42,805 nucleotides of DNA. Source: Octopus sinensis (Eukaryota). A program made the translations under genes and the position numbers. Under the pieces are notes generated by a model. That model had not been told where the DNA came from, did not search any database, and was given only the letters and a program-made list of their open reading frames with translations. The DNA lies in NCBI RefSeq assembly GCF_006345805.1, contig NW_021834997.1, positions 1-42,805 of the forward strand. Reading direction: 5' to 3'. Positions 1 to 11,380 of the stretch are shown piece after piece. Position 1 is the first letter of the stretch. Each line of letters starts with the position of its first letter.

Positions 1-56
1 CCGCGCTTGATTTATTGACGACGCGAGCTAGTTCTAACGGTCCAAAGAGATTATAT

Positions 57-276
57 ACACCGTGTCCCCAAAATATATACACACTTTAACCGCTGATAAC
101 TCAGTGTTCATTTCTTTTTAGATTTAACCCATAAGAAATAATAAAGGGAAACAGACTAAGTGTCGAAGAAAGAAATTTATCCTGAAATATCAATGGATGT
201 TTGAAAATGCAGTTGAAGTTTCGAAGAGAGTTTAGGCGGGAGTTTCAAATAGATTTATCTACGAAACTTAACATGG
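57..276 (+). mobile_element. 5' fragment of an IS630/Tc1/mariner element, interrupted by a SINE
   Basis: TA-CACCGTGTCCCCAAAA terminus; degenerate N-terminal HTH-like frame (KFILKYQWMFENAVEV..FRREFQ). Confidence 0.45.
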
Positions 277-939
277 TTGTGTGGCAAGTAGCTTGTTTAC
301 GAATAACGTGGTTCCGGGTTCAGTCCCACTGCGTGGCACCTTGGCCAAGTGTCTTCTACTATAGCCTCGGGCAGACCAAAGCCTTGTGAGTGGATTTGGT
401 AGACGGAAACTGAAAGAAGCCCGTCGTATATATGTATATAGATGTATGTGTGTGTATATGTTTGTGTGTCTGTGTTTGTACCCCCCAACATCACTTGACA
501 ACCGATGCTGGTGTGTTTACGTCCCCGTAACTGAGCGGTTCGGCAAAAGAGGCCAATAGAGTAAGTACTAGGTTACAGATTACTATGCATAAAATATTTA
601 ATTTTTTTGTAGATTAGGCAGGCATAATCCGCTCCTGCCTTTCAATTTCAGTATTTATGCTACACATAGTACTGCTGTAGTACACATGCTGTGTACATTC
701 CTACAACAACGTTTTCTTTACGCGTTATAAAGGCAGAAGTAAATCTGCCTTCAACTCAGTTGCGTGCCTGTGTTTCGCCTATTTTTTTTTTTTTTGTGTG
801 TGTGTTTTACTGCATAAAGTTCACCAACTGCCTACCCTGAGTAATTACAGACGGCACGTGCCTGATATATATATATATACATGCACGCCGCGCGCGTGCT
901 GAAAACTTCCTGTCTTTAAGGGCGTCGCCAAAGGCGTGA

Positions 940-1103
940 ATGGAGGCCCAACCTTCCGAGTTCTTTTACAGGGTTTAGAAAAACTGAAGGACCCCTGCAA
1001 TAAGTGTGAATCTGAGAGGCGAATATGTTGAGGAAAATCATTATTAACAGACTCCCTTTATTTTCTTTTACCCAAAGCCAGGAACTTTTCAGACCGCCTC
1101 GTA
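940..1103 (+). mobile_element. Mariner-derived non-autonomous fragment (transposase C-terminus)
   Basis: Degenerate GLEKLKDPCNKC..LRGEYVE reading; related copy at ~20745-20856. Confidence 0.5.
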
Positions 1104-1149
<46 letters not shown>

Positions 1150-2334
1150 GGAGCATGGCTTAGTGGTTAGGGTGTCGCACTCACGATTGTGAGATCATGG
1201 GTTCGATTCCCAGATTGGGCGGTGTATTGTGTTCTTGAGCAAAGCACTTCATTTCATATTGCTCTGCAATCATTTCGTCATCTGAAGAAATCCACTCAGA
1301 AGGCTTTGGTCGGCTCGAGGCTATAGTAGAAGATACTTGCCCAAGGTACCACGCAGTGCGACTGAACCCGGAACCATGTGGTTCGTAAGCAGGCTACTTG
1401 CCACACAGCCACTTCCATATATATAATATACATATATACGACGGGCTTCTTTCAGTTTCCGTCTCCCAAATCCACTCACAAGGCTTTGGGCGGCCCGAGT
1501 CTACTGTAGAAGATACTTGCCCAAGGTTCCACGCAGTGGGACTGAACCCGGAACCATGTGGTTGGTAAGCAAGCTACTGACCACACAGCTACTTCCATAT
1601 ATATATATAATATACATATATACGACGGGCTTCTTTCAGTTTCCGTCTACCAAATCCACTCACAAGGCATTGGTCGGCCCGAGGCTATAGTAGAACATAT
1701 TTGCCCAAGATGCTACGCAGTGGGACTGAACCCGGAACCATATGGTTGGTAAGCAAGCTACTTACCACACAGCCACTCCTGTATTTTGACACCGGCGCAA
1801 ATCATCCTGAAACAGGTAACTCTTTTACAATATTCAGATAACTTCCAGTCTTCCACGTCAGTACCAGCGTAGCTAGAGTGTGCGCCGCCCGGGGTGACCC
1901 TTCCATTTGCCGCCCGCGGACCCCACAAAAAGCGCATATTGCCTAGAACAGGATGAAAATTGTCGTCCCTTTAAAAGTACTGCCTAGGGTGGACCGCCAC
2001 TACACCCCCTCCTACTGCTACGCTTGTGCATCTCAGCTAAATTTTTCACATCTACAACTTTAATTTTTATGCTCTCCAACGCCGTTGACTGTTCACCAAT
2101 AGAATTTGTTGTTCATGGAAAAAAGGAAACATAAAAACCGTCAAATTTTTACTCCAAATACTCTGTATTTTATTGTCATGATTTGGTCGGGAAAATCATT
2201 GAAAATTCTATTAGAGAGCGTAGGATCGAGTGATCGCAGCTAAAATGTGATTGGTTGGAATTCAGAGCAAGTCGCTTAATGTGCAACGGCCTTCTCGTTA
2301 CTGGGCGAAAACGAGGTTTCGTTAGACCGCTACA

Positions 2335-2351
2335 GTATATATGTATATATG

Positions 2352-2385
<34 letters not shown>

Positions 2386-2444
2386 AATATATGTATATAT
2401 ATATATATATATACATATATATATTATACTATATATATATATAT

Positions 2445-2486
<42 letters not shown>
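2335..2486. repeat. (TA)n microsatellite
   Basis: Direct reading; similar tracts at 7143-7245, 12645-12728, 13305-13368, 22470-22725, 29160-29208, 37790-37899. Confidence 0.95.
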
Positions 2487-2492
<6 letters not shown>

Positions 2493-3039
2493 ACCGACCA
2501 GGCTATCATGTTGTTACACATCGCTAGTCACAATGCGCTTTGCATTGTTTTAGCCTTCAAATGACGCCACCCCTCTGGCTAGGCGAGCAGGCCAACAGAA
2601 GAGAGAGTGAGAGAAAGTTGTGGCGAAAGAGTACAGCAGGGATCGCCACCATCCCCTGCCGGAGCCTCGTGGAGCTTTAGGTGTTTTCGCTCAATAAACA
2701 CACACATGGTTCCGGGTTCAGTCCCACTGCGTGGCACCTTGGGCAAGTGTCTTCTACTATAGCCTCGAGCCGCCCAAAGCCTTGTGAGTGGATTCGGTAG
2801 ACGGAAACTCAAAGAAGCCCATCGTATATACATGGGTGTGTGTGTGTGTGTTTGTGTGTCTGTGTTTGTCCCCCTAGCATTGCTTGACAACCGATACTGG
2901 TGTGCTTACATCACTGTAACTTAGCGGTTTGGCAAAAAGAGACCGATAGAATAAGTACTAGGCTTACAAAGAATAATATCATGACAGCTGCTCAATGTTT
3001 TGTGAACAATGTAAAGGCTTTTAAGACGAGACATGGGCA

Positions 3040-3445
3040 GCTGCAATGGAGATACGAAACCGTGGCCAGTAGGTCTTAGTGTGCGTTTCCAGTAAGAGTG
3101 ACGTCATGTCGCTCCACATCTTTAAACGGGGTCTTAGGCTCAGTTCAGACGGCTGTGTGAAGCTACTGGAAACTCTGGTCAAATCATGGTTGGAAAAGGT
3201 TGCGGATGGAAGGCCGTATGTGTGGCAGCAGGATTCGACTTTTTGCCAAAGCTACAGAATGAGTCAAAAGTGGTTGTCGGAGAATTTATGACTTCACCAG
3301 CCCCAATTCCTGGCCCTTTAATGCCCCTGATTGTAATCCTATGGATTACTGTGTGGGTGGGCGGGTGGGCACAGCCGAGAAAGACTTCAACCGTCCCACC
3401 TGCAACACCAAAGCCGACCTGATGGCCAAGACCAAGGAGGGGTTT
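3040..3445 (+). mobile_element. Decayed DD37D (maT-like) mariner transposase fragment
   Basis: GRPYVWQQDS...WLSEN...SP..WP...PDCNPMDY.VW motifs; spacing fits D37D after correcting frameshifts. Confidence 0.75.
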
Positions 3446-5054
3446 AAAGATCCTTCTCCTTGATGAAGTGACAGCTAATCTGAAAGTCCGCTCACATTAA
3501 TATTATATTTGTAGAAACTCTGTGTCTAAATAAGAATTTTAAAGAAATACTTAAAATAAAAATATGGGATGCCCATGGATAGAACGCCTTTGAGTGTACG
3601 CCTGCTAACTCGTTGTCAGAGCTGACTCGGGGTTACATAACAACGACAAAAATAGCTGTTCCTATAATGGGCACAAGGCCTGGAAAATAGAGAGGAGAAT
3701 TAATCGATGTATTGATCTCGGTGTGGAGGCGCAATGGCCCAATAGTTAGGGCAACGGATTCGCGGTCGTAGGATCGGGGTTTTGATTCCCATACCGGGCG
3801 TTGCGAGTGTTTATTGAAGGAAAACATCTAAAGCTCCACAAGGCTCCGGCAGGAGGTGGTGGCGAACCCTGCTGTATTCTTTCACCATAATTTTCTCTCA
3901 TTCTTTCTTCCTGTTTCTGTTGTACCTGTATTTCAAAGGGCCAGCCTTGTCACACTCTGTGTCACGCTGAATCTCCCCGAGAACTACGTTAAGGGTACAC
4001 GTGTCTGTGGAGTGCTCAGCCACTTGCACGTTAATTTCATGAGCAGGCTGATCGGATCAACTGGAACCCTCGTCGTCGTAACCGACGGAATGCCACGACT
4101 GATCTCGGTATTAGACCGTTACTTTGTTCCTGGGATTCTGATTTAAGCACCCCATATAACCCCTAATAAGTTACTTTATTTTTTTTTATAATTTTCAGAA
4201 AATTTTTACGAATTTTTCTTCTACACACGAGAATTCATACTATTAGGCAAAAAATAAAATTGTTTTTGTAATTTAAGGACGATTTACCTGTTGGTTTTTG
4301 CACAACTCGCGACCACCTGATACCTTCCTCGTTTCTTTGGCACTCTGACATGTTTTGATGTTTTTGAATATATTTTTCTACCCATACACACATTCAATGG
4401 AATGTTGATGCATCAAACGATGGGATTTAGGCCCAAAATTCGGACTGTCTGTATTTTAAACTCTGAATTTTAGAAATAATTTCGAAAAAGAGTGGAAATT
4501 TTGAGATTTATACTCTCTCTACTCTTTTACTTGTTTCAGTCATTTGACTGCGGCCATGCTGGAGAACCGCCTTTAGTCGAGCAAATCGACCCCAGGACAT
4601 ATTCTTTGTAAGCCCAGTACTTATTCTATCAGTTTCTTTTGCCGAACCGCTCAGTGACGGGGACATAAGCACACCAGCATCGGTTGTCAAGCAATGCTAG
4701 AGGGATAAACACAGACACACAAACATATACACACACACACATATATACGACAGGCTTCTTTGAGTTTCCGTCTACCAAATCCACTCACAAGGCTTTGGTC
4801 GGCCCGAGGCTATAGCAGAAGACACTTGTCCAAGGTGCCACGTACTGGGACTGAACCCAGAACCATGTGGTTGGTTAGCAAGCTACTTACCGCACAGCCA
4901 CTCCTACGTCTATCTACAAACTGCATTGTAAATAAATATTGTAAATAAATTATATTTATCATAAAACCTCAATGGTGTTGGTTGTATATCGGAAAGACAC
5001 GCAGCCGAACGAAAGATCCCCAAATATCAAACACTTATTTGTTCAAGTTTACAA

Positions 5055-5790
5055 TGTGTGCGTGCGTGTGTGTGTGTGTGTGTGTTTGTGTGTGTGTGCA
5101 TGTGTGTGTGTGTACGTGTGTGTGTGCTTGTGTGTGTATACGTGTGTGTGTGTGCATGTGTGCTTGTGTGTGTGTGTGCTTGTGTGTGTGTGTGTTTGTG
5201 TGTGCATGTGTGTGTGTGCATGTGTGTGTGTGTACGTGTGTGTGCTTGTGTGTGTATACGTGTGTGTGTGTGCATGTGTGGCTTGTGTGTGTGTGTGCTT
5301 GTGTGGTGTGTGCTTGTGTGTGTGTGTGTTTTGGTGTGCATGTGTGTGTACGGTGGTGGTGTGTACGTGTGTGTGTGCTTGTGTGTGTATACGTGTGCGT
5401 GTGTGCAGTGTGCTTGTGTGTGTGTGTGTGCTTGTGTGTGTGTGTGGTTTGTGTGTGCATGTGTGTGTGTGTGCATGTGTGTGTGTGTACGTGTGTGTGT
5501 GCTTGTGTGTGCATACGTGTGTGTGTGTGCATGTGTGTGTGTGTACGTGTGTGTGTGCTTGTGTGTGTATACGTGTGTGTGCATGTGTGCTTGTGTGTGT
5601 GTGCTTGTGTGTGTGTGTGTGTGTATACGTGTGTGTGTGTGTGTGTGTGCGTACGTATATGTATAGATGTGTGCGTGTGTGTGTACGTGTGTGTGTGCTT
5701 GTGTGTACGTGTGTGTGCGTGTGTATGTGCATATGTGCGTGTGTGTACGTGTGTATGTGTACGTATGTGTATGTATGTGTGCGTGTGTGA
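5055..5790. repeat. Complex (GT)n microsatellite
   Basis: GT dinucleotide with recurring GCAT/GCTT/ATAC interruptions. Confidence 0.97.
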
Positions 5791-6050
5791 GTTCGTGTTT
5801 GTGTTTCTGTCCATGCTTGTTCCCCCAGCCGCGCCTGACAACCGGCGTTGGTTTATTTACTTCGCCGTAATTTAACAGTTCAGCAAAAGAGACCTATACA
5901 GCAAGTACTCATCGAATCCATTCGTGGTCAACTTTGCCTTCCATTCTTTCGGGGTCGGTAAGATAAAACTTGCCCCCTCCCTCAAAATTTCTGGCATTGT
6001 ACCGAAATTAGAAAGAATATTTTAATTACCGCCGTTTAATGTGTCTCTAT

Positions 6051-6300
6051 GTGGAGGAGCGTGGCTTAGTGGTTAGGGTGTCAGCACCGTGATCGTAAGA
6101 TTGTGGTTTCGATTCCTGGACCGGGCGACGCGTTGTGTTCTTGAGCAAAACACTTCATTTCACGTTGCTCCAGTCCACTCAGCTGGCAAAAATGAGTAAC
6201 GCTGCGATGGACTGGTGTCCCGTCCAGCTGGGGAACACATACGCCATAGAAACCGGGAAACTGGCCCCATGAGCCTGGCTAGGCTTGAAAAGGGCGCATT
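6051..6300 (+). mobile_element. tRNA-derived SINE family D
   Basis: Head TGGCTTAGTGG...GTTTCGATTCC. Other copies: 1147-1270, 6305-6665 (split by B), 19997-20197, 20198-20345. Confidence 0.8.
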
Positions 6301-6341
6301 TATTTGTGGAGGCGTGTGGCTTAGTGGTTAGGGTGTCAGTA

Positions 6342-6574
6342 AAGGCGGCGAGCTGGCAGAATCGTTAGCACGCCGGGCGAAATGCTTAGCGGTATTTCGT
6401 CTGCCGTTACGTTCTGAGTTCAAATTCCGCCGAGGTCGACTTTGCCTTTCATCCTTTCGGGGTCGATAAATTAAGTACCAGTTACGCACTGGGGTCGATG
6501 TAATCGACTTAGTACCTATGTCTGTCCATGTTTGTCCCCTCTGTGTTTAGCCCCTTGTGGGTAATAAAGAAATA
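6342..6574 (+). mobile_element. tRNA-derived SINE family B with 16-bp TSD
   Basis: TSD GGTTAGGGTGTCAGTA (6326-6341 / 6575-6590); core GCCTTTCATCCTTTCGGGGTCGATAAATTAAGTACC (Deu/Nin-domain-like by resemblance). Other copies: 9040-9270-, 23301-23533+, 25556-26090+ (tandem), 26095-26290+, 28888-29118-. Confidence 0.88.
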
Positions 6575-6980
6575 GGTTAGGGTGTCAGTACCATGATCGT
6601 AAGAGTGTGGTTTCGATTCCTGGACCGGGTGACGCGTTGTGTTCTTGAGCAAAACACTTCATTTTACGGGCGGCACTACTTGTAATAAGTAAAGTCGACT
6701 CTGTAGTCGACTCTCTGATCTCCTGGAAATGAAACAGTAGCCAAATCTCCCTCAAATGACTGGGAGAAAAACGTACATTGCTTAATAATAATAATAATAA
6801 TATACTTCTTCATACTAAAAGCTCATTTCAGCGGGGCAGACTTGACAATTAGATCGATCCCATTGTTCGATTGATTATTATTTTATGAAAACAACAGGGA
6901 AACCGGGCCCCATGAGCCTAGCTAGGCTTTAAAAAGGGTGAATTTATTTTATTTTAATGCGTCTCTAATAATTAAATCAA

Positions 6981-7142
6981 TACGCAGGAGTGGCTGTGTG
7001 GTAAGCAGCTTGCTTCCCAACCACATGGTCCCGGGTTCAGTCCCACTGCGTGGCACTTTGGGCAAGTGTCTTCTACTATAGCCTTGGGCCGACCAATGCC
7101 TCGTGAGTGGATTTGGTAGACGGAAACTGAAAGAAGCCCGTC

Positions 7143-7238
<96 letters not shown>

Positions 7239-7472
7239 ATATATATGTGTGTGTTTTGTGTGTATATGTTTGTCCCCCTAGCATTGCTTGACAACCGATG
7301 CTGGTGTGTTTATGTCCCGGTCACTTAGCGGTTCGGCAAAAGTGACCGATAGAATAAGTACTGGGCTTACAAAAAAGAATAAGTCCCGGGGTCGAGTTGC
7401 TCGATTAAAGGCGGTGCTCCAGCATGGCCGCAGTCAAATGACTGAAACAAGTAAAAGAGTAAAGAGTAAAGA
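6981..7472 (+). mobile_element. tRNA-derived SINE family A, full length
   Basis: A/B-box-like head (TGGCTGTGTGG...GGTTCAGTCCC), central microsatellite slot, (AAAAGAGT)n tail. Other copies: ~277-575+, 1296-1781- (3 tandem partials), 2703-2968+, 4511-4912-, 16460-17020+, 17385-17690+, 23617-24023+, 27100-27555+, 28212-28365+, 37109-37530+, 37915-38090+, 40850-41283-, 41885-42182-. Confidence 0.85.
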
Positions 7473-7479
7473 ATAATGA

Positions 7480-7707
7480 AAAAAATCTTTGCAGCCTGGT
7501 AATGTGAAGGGAGACAACTCTAATATTCTTACTTCCCTTATCTTTGGAAACTTTCCTCGAATAAAGAGAAGAAACGGTGCTTGGTTGTTGACATCCGGTG
7601 TCAGTTTCACATTTTTTGATTCTGTGTTTTTGTGTCTCCCAGAGAAAGGCTTCGATCCACCCTTAAGACACCAGCTGCCGCCGTCGTCCCCGGACACCAA
7701 AGCAACC
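7480..7707 (+). promoter_or_regulatory. Probable SNF8 core promoter / 5' UTR with an ETS-like site
   Basis: Short unique segment between the end of a SINE (~7472) and the ATG; ACATCCGG at 7591-7598 is CCGGATGT on minus (ETS-type consensus); TSS unknown. Confidence 0.4.
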
Positions 7708-7761
7708 ATGCACAGACGAGGCATTGGCGTGGCTGCCGTCAAGAACAAGAACTTAGCTCAG
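7708..7761 (+). CDS. SNF8: SNF8/VPS22 (ESCRT-II subunit) coding exon 1
   Basis: ATG in ACCATG context; MHRRGIGVAAVKNKNLAQ matches the SNF8 N-terminus (MHRRGVG...); GTGAG donor at 7762; 54 nt. Confidence 0.95.
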
Positions 7762-8073
7762 GTGAGAAATCCTAATTGCTTCTTTTTTGCCCCCAATTAT
7801 CCTTTTCTGTGTGTCCCTCCCTCTCAACCATCATTTATGATATTCCCCCAGCTTCATCACACAATACAGTATCCACCCCTTTAACGTACCCCCTCGACAG
7901 AGCCTCGTCCATTTCCCTACACCCCTCAGTTCTTGATGGAATGGCGAGAACACCTTTATAACTCTTCGATTCTCTTCTCTCCTCTCTTCTTATTCTGTAT
8001 TTGGTAATGATGAAGAGGGTAGATTTTTAGCTTGCCGAGGGTCTTAAATATCTTCAAGTACCCAAGATCAATA

Positions 8074-8280
8074 GGTACTACTAGCGAACAGTGGTCCCGG
8101 TGCGCGTAGTCGCGCATCCGCGCTAGCTAGTCGTAAGTAGTCGATCCTACAACGACTGCCTAGCAAAGTAAATAAAACACAAAGTAAATAATTTTTTAAA
8201 CAAATAAAACAAAAATACAAAGTAAGGATCGACTAGTTATGACTAGCTGGCGAGAGCGCGCACTGTTCGCTAGTAGTACC
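8074..8280. mobile_element. Foldback MITE in SNF8 intron 1
   Basis: Perfect 20-bp TIR GGTACTACTAGCGAACAGTG (8074-8093 / 8261-8280) plus internal inverted segments; superfamily unclear. Confidence 0.7.
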
Positions 8281-8283
8281 AGA

Positions 8284-8323
<40 letters not shown>

Positions 8324-8331
8324 TATCTCTC

Positions 8332-8718
8332 TCTATATATAAAGCTGAAGTTGTCTGTGTGCGGCAGGTTTGGTAGCCTTCAACTAACACTATCTCCTCC
8401 GAGACCCTGCGGCGCAAGTTGACCAAACTTGAGAGTATGATAGAAGAAGGCTTGCTCTTCCTTCCATAGAAGAAAAATTTCAAATCGGACCATGTTAACA
8501 CCAAAAATTATTTACATCAAAAAGGTGCTTTTTTCTATGAAAATCCCTATTTTTTACGATTTTTCGACTGCTGTGTTGCCATTTTTCGGTGCATTTCAAC
8601 CAGAAAAATGTTCACTTGAAGAGAATAACAAGCTACATAATGCAAAATTTTTACTTTTCAAAAATTCCAATTCTAAAGGGTCGAAACAAACCTGAGCAAC
8701 GCCAGGTGATACCGCTAG
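8332..8718 (+). mobile_element. Non-autonomous Helitron-like element
   Basis: 5' TC-TATATATAAAG start; subterminal hairpin CCTG-agcaacgc-CAGG; 3' CTAG followed by T. Confidence 0.55.
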
Positions 8719-9747
8719 TATATAGTAAAGGAGACTCTGTAGTCGACTCTCTGATCTACTGGAAATGAAATAGTAGCCAAATCGCCCTCAAATGACTGGG
8801 AGAAAAACGTACATTGCTTAATAATAATAGAATTCTTTATACTAAAAGCTCATTTCAGGGGGCAGGCTTGATGATTATATCAATCCCATTGTTCGATTGA
8901 TAATTATTTTATCGATACTGAAAAGATGAAAACAAAGTCAACCTCGGCGGAATTTGAACCCTGAATGTAAAAACGGACGAAATGTCACTAATCGTTTTTT
9001 CCGGCCTTTCTAACGATTCTGCCAGTTCGCTGCCTTCAATGATAGTAATAATCCTGTCTACTTTAGGGCACAAGACCTGAAATTTGGGGGAATGGGACTA
9101 CTAGTCGATTACATCGATGCCAATACTCAACTGGGACTTATTTTATTGACCCTGAAAGGATGAAAGGCAAAGTCGACACCGGCGGAATTTGAACTCTGGA
9201 CATAAAGACAGACGAAATACCACTCAGTGTTTTTGCCCGGTGTGCTAACGATTCTGCCAGCTCTCCACCTTAAAGAATAATAATTATGTGTGTGTGTGTG
9301 TATGTATATATATATATATACATACACACACACACACAAACCCACATATATATATATATATATATATCATCGTCATCATCATCGTTTAACGTCCGCTTTC
9401 CATGCTAGCATGGGTTGGACGATTTGACTGAGGTCTGGCGAACCAGATGGCTGCACCAGGCTCCAATCTGATCTGCCAGCTGGATACCCTTCCTAATGCC
9501 AACCACTCCAAGAGTGTAGTGTGTGCTTTTATGTGGCCAGTCAGGCTGTACTGGCAACAGCCACGCTCAGATGGTGTTTTTTACATATATATACATACAT
9601 ACATTTATATATATATATATGTGTGTGTGTGTGCATGTATATGTATGTATTTATATGATGAGGAGGAAGAGGAGGATGACAGCAACAATTCTCTCTTTGG
9701 TTGAATACTGTTCTAACTTTGACATTTTCTTTTCTCTTGTGTTCCAG

Positions 9748-9798
9748 GCACGTTACAAAGACAAAGGAAATGTCATTGCTGAAGACCAACTGGCTCAG
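9748..9798 (+). CDS. SNF8: SNF8 coding exon 2
   Basis: Polypyrimidine tract + CAG acceptor; ARYKDKGNVIAEDQLAQ; GTACG donor; 51 nt, phase 0-0. Confidence 0.95.
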
Positions 9799-9849
9799 GT
9801 ACGTAAAAGTGATTGGCTTTTTCCCAGTTTGTTTAAGAATTGTTGATCT

Positions 9850-10332
9850 TTCGTTTTTGGATTTGGTTTGCAAGATTCTTTATATGAGTTCGTGTGTTGA
9901 AGCATATTCTGTTGCGTCTGGGGAGAGTCATTTTCTTTTAGTGCTTTATTATTTAACACACTCATCGGTAAAATTTCCACTTATTTCTTATTTCTTATTT
10001 CCCTAAAATTTTCGTTGCGTCTTGCAACCTTTTCAATAGTTTTGACTCTCCTTTTGGAAATTGTGTGCTGTCCTTTTTATAGGTTGGAGTATATTGCACC
10101 ACATTCCCATTGAGTGTGCATTGAGGAGTCTTTCCACTCTTTCATGTTCTTGTGGTGTAACTTCTCTCATGCTACCAATGTGTTGTTGCAAGGTCTGGAC
10201 ATATTGAAAAGGTTGCAAGACGCAACGAAAATTTTAGGAAAATAAAAATAAGAAATAACTGGAAATTTTACCGGTGAGTGTGTTACATTATAAGGCACAA
10301 AAAGAGAATGACTCTCCCCAGACACAACAGAA
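9850..10332. mobile_element. Penelope-like element (PLE) pseudo-LTR inverted repeat 1
   Basis: Arms ~9907-10037 / ~10203-10332; hammerhead-like motif in both arms; ORF start MTLPRHNRICFNTRTHIKNLANQI from ATG 9931 (minus). Confidence 0.65.
10002..10039 (-). ncRNA. U3-A8 variant hammerhead-like motif (inverted partner on + at 10201-10238)
   Basis: CTA / TTGAAAA / G / GTTGC-aagac-GCAAC / GAAA / ATT-T / TAG; stem I only 3 bp. Confidence 0.4.
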
Positions 10333-10356
10333 TTGTTTCTCTATTATATATTTTAA

Positions 10357-10829
10357 CCCTTTCGTTACCATATTTCTGTTGAGATGCTCTGTGTTTCTTT
10401 CAATTAATTTAAATATAACAAAGAATTTAATAAAATAACTTGGTTATCATTAAGCTAGTGTTAGGAACATAAATTGTGACTAAGGTTTGGTGGAAGATTT
10501 TAATTCAAAACTTATGAAAACAACACATTTGTACTACAGAGCCAGAGGCTGTTTCAGGCAGGTTGGTATCAAAAGGGTTAAGAATTGTTTCTCTATTATA
10601 TATTTTAACCCTTTCGTTACCATATTTCTGTTGAGATGCTCTGTGTTTCTTTCAATTAATTTAAATATAACAAAGAATTTAATAAAATAACTTGGTTATC
10701 ATTAAGCTAGTGTTAGGAACATAAATTGTGACTAAGGTTTGGTGGAAGATTTTAATTCAAAACTTATAAAAACAAGACATTTGTACTACAGAACCAGAGG
10801 CAGTTTCAGGCAGGTTGGTATCAAAAGGG
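10357..10829. mobile_element. piggyBac-like MITE, two tandem 221-bp copies (10357-10577, 10609-10829)
   Basis: TTAA-CCCTTT...AAAGGG-TTAA termini on both copies. Confidence 0.8.
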
Positions 10830-11107
10830 TTAACTCAGTGTATTTCTATTGAAATATATACTCTTGGTTGTTTAGAATTAATTTTGAAAATAATCCACAA
10901 TTTGGAAAGATTTAGTTAAGATGGCTTAAGTTTTTAATTATTACCACAACCACCACCGTCATCGCCACCACCACCACCACCACCATCATCATCACCACAA
11001 CCACCACCACCATCATTGCTACTACCACCATCATCGCCACCACCACCACCACTGATAACAGTAGCAGCCTTCTTACTTTTTCTCTCCTCCTCTCTTTTCT
11101 TCCACAG

Positions 11108-11246
11108 ATGGCCAAATACATGGATACGTTCAAAGTGAATTTAGAAGAGTTTGCCAGCAACCATAAAGACCAAATTAAGAAAGATCCAGAATTCCGTGTC
11201 CAGTTTCAAAAGATGTGTGCCTCGATCGGTGTCGATCCCTTAGCAT
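11108..11246 (+). CDS. SNF8: SNF8 coding exon 3
   Basis: CAG acceptor; MAKYMDTFKVNLEEFASNHKDQIKKDPEFRVQFQKMCASIGVDPLA; GTAAG donor; 139 nt. Confidence 0.96.
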
Positions 11247-11380
11247 GTAAGTTACAGCGGAAGACATCCCTGCTCTGGCTTTTAACGTTGTTGCTGTATG
11301 TATGTATGTAGTCTGACCAATAAGTATCTGGACTGTTGCCATATATATATACAGGCAACATATATATATATATATATACA

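Noticed and set aside
1865-2026. Possible hAT MITE (CAGCGTAGC...GCTACGCTTG)
   Set aside because: TIR short and imperfect, and no 8-bp TSD; not supportable
3723-3800. tRNA gene-like sequences with A/B boxes (also 6051, 6342, 6981, 36327)
   Set aside because: tRNA-derived SINE heads continuing into SINE bodies, some with TSDs; no complete cloverleaf
4972-5875. VC/HT-rich ORFs of 185-297 aa
   Set aside because: GT microsatellite translations
7489-7884. 131-aa ORF spanning SNF8 exon 1 (similarly 17062-17328 and 9523-9846)
   Set aside because: Read-through into UTR or intron; only the exon portion is SNF8-homologous
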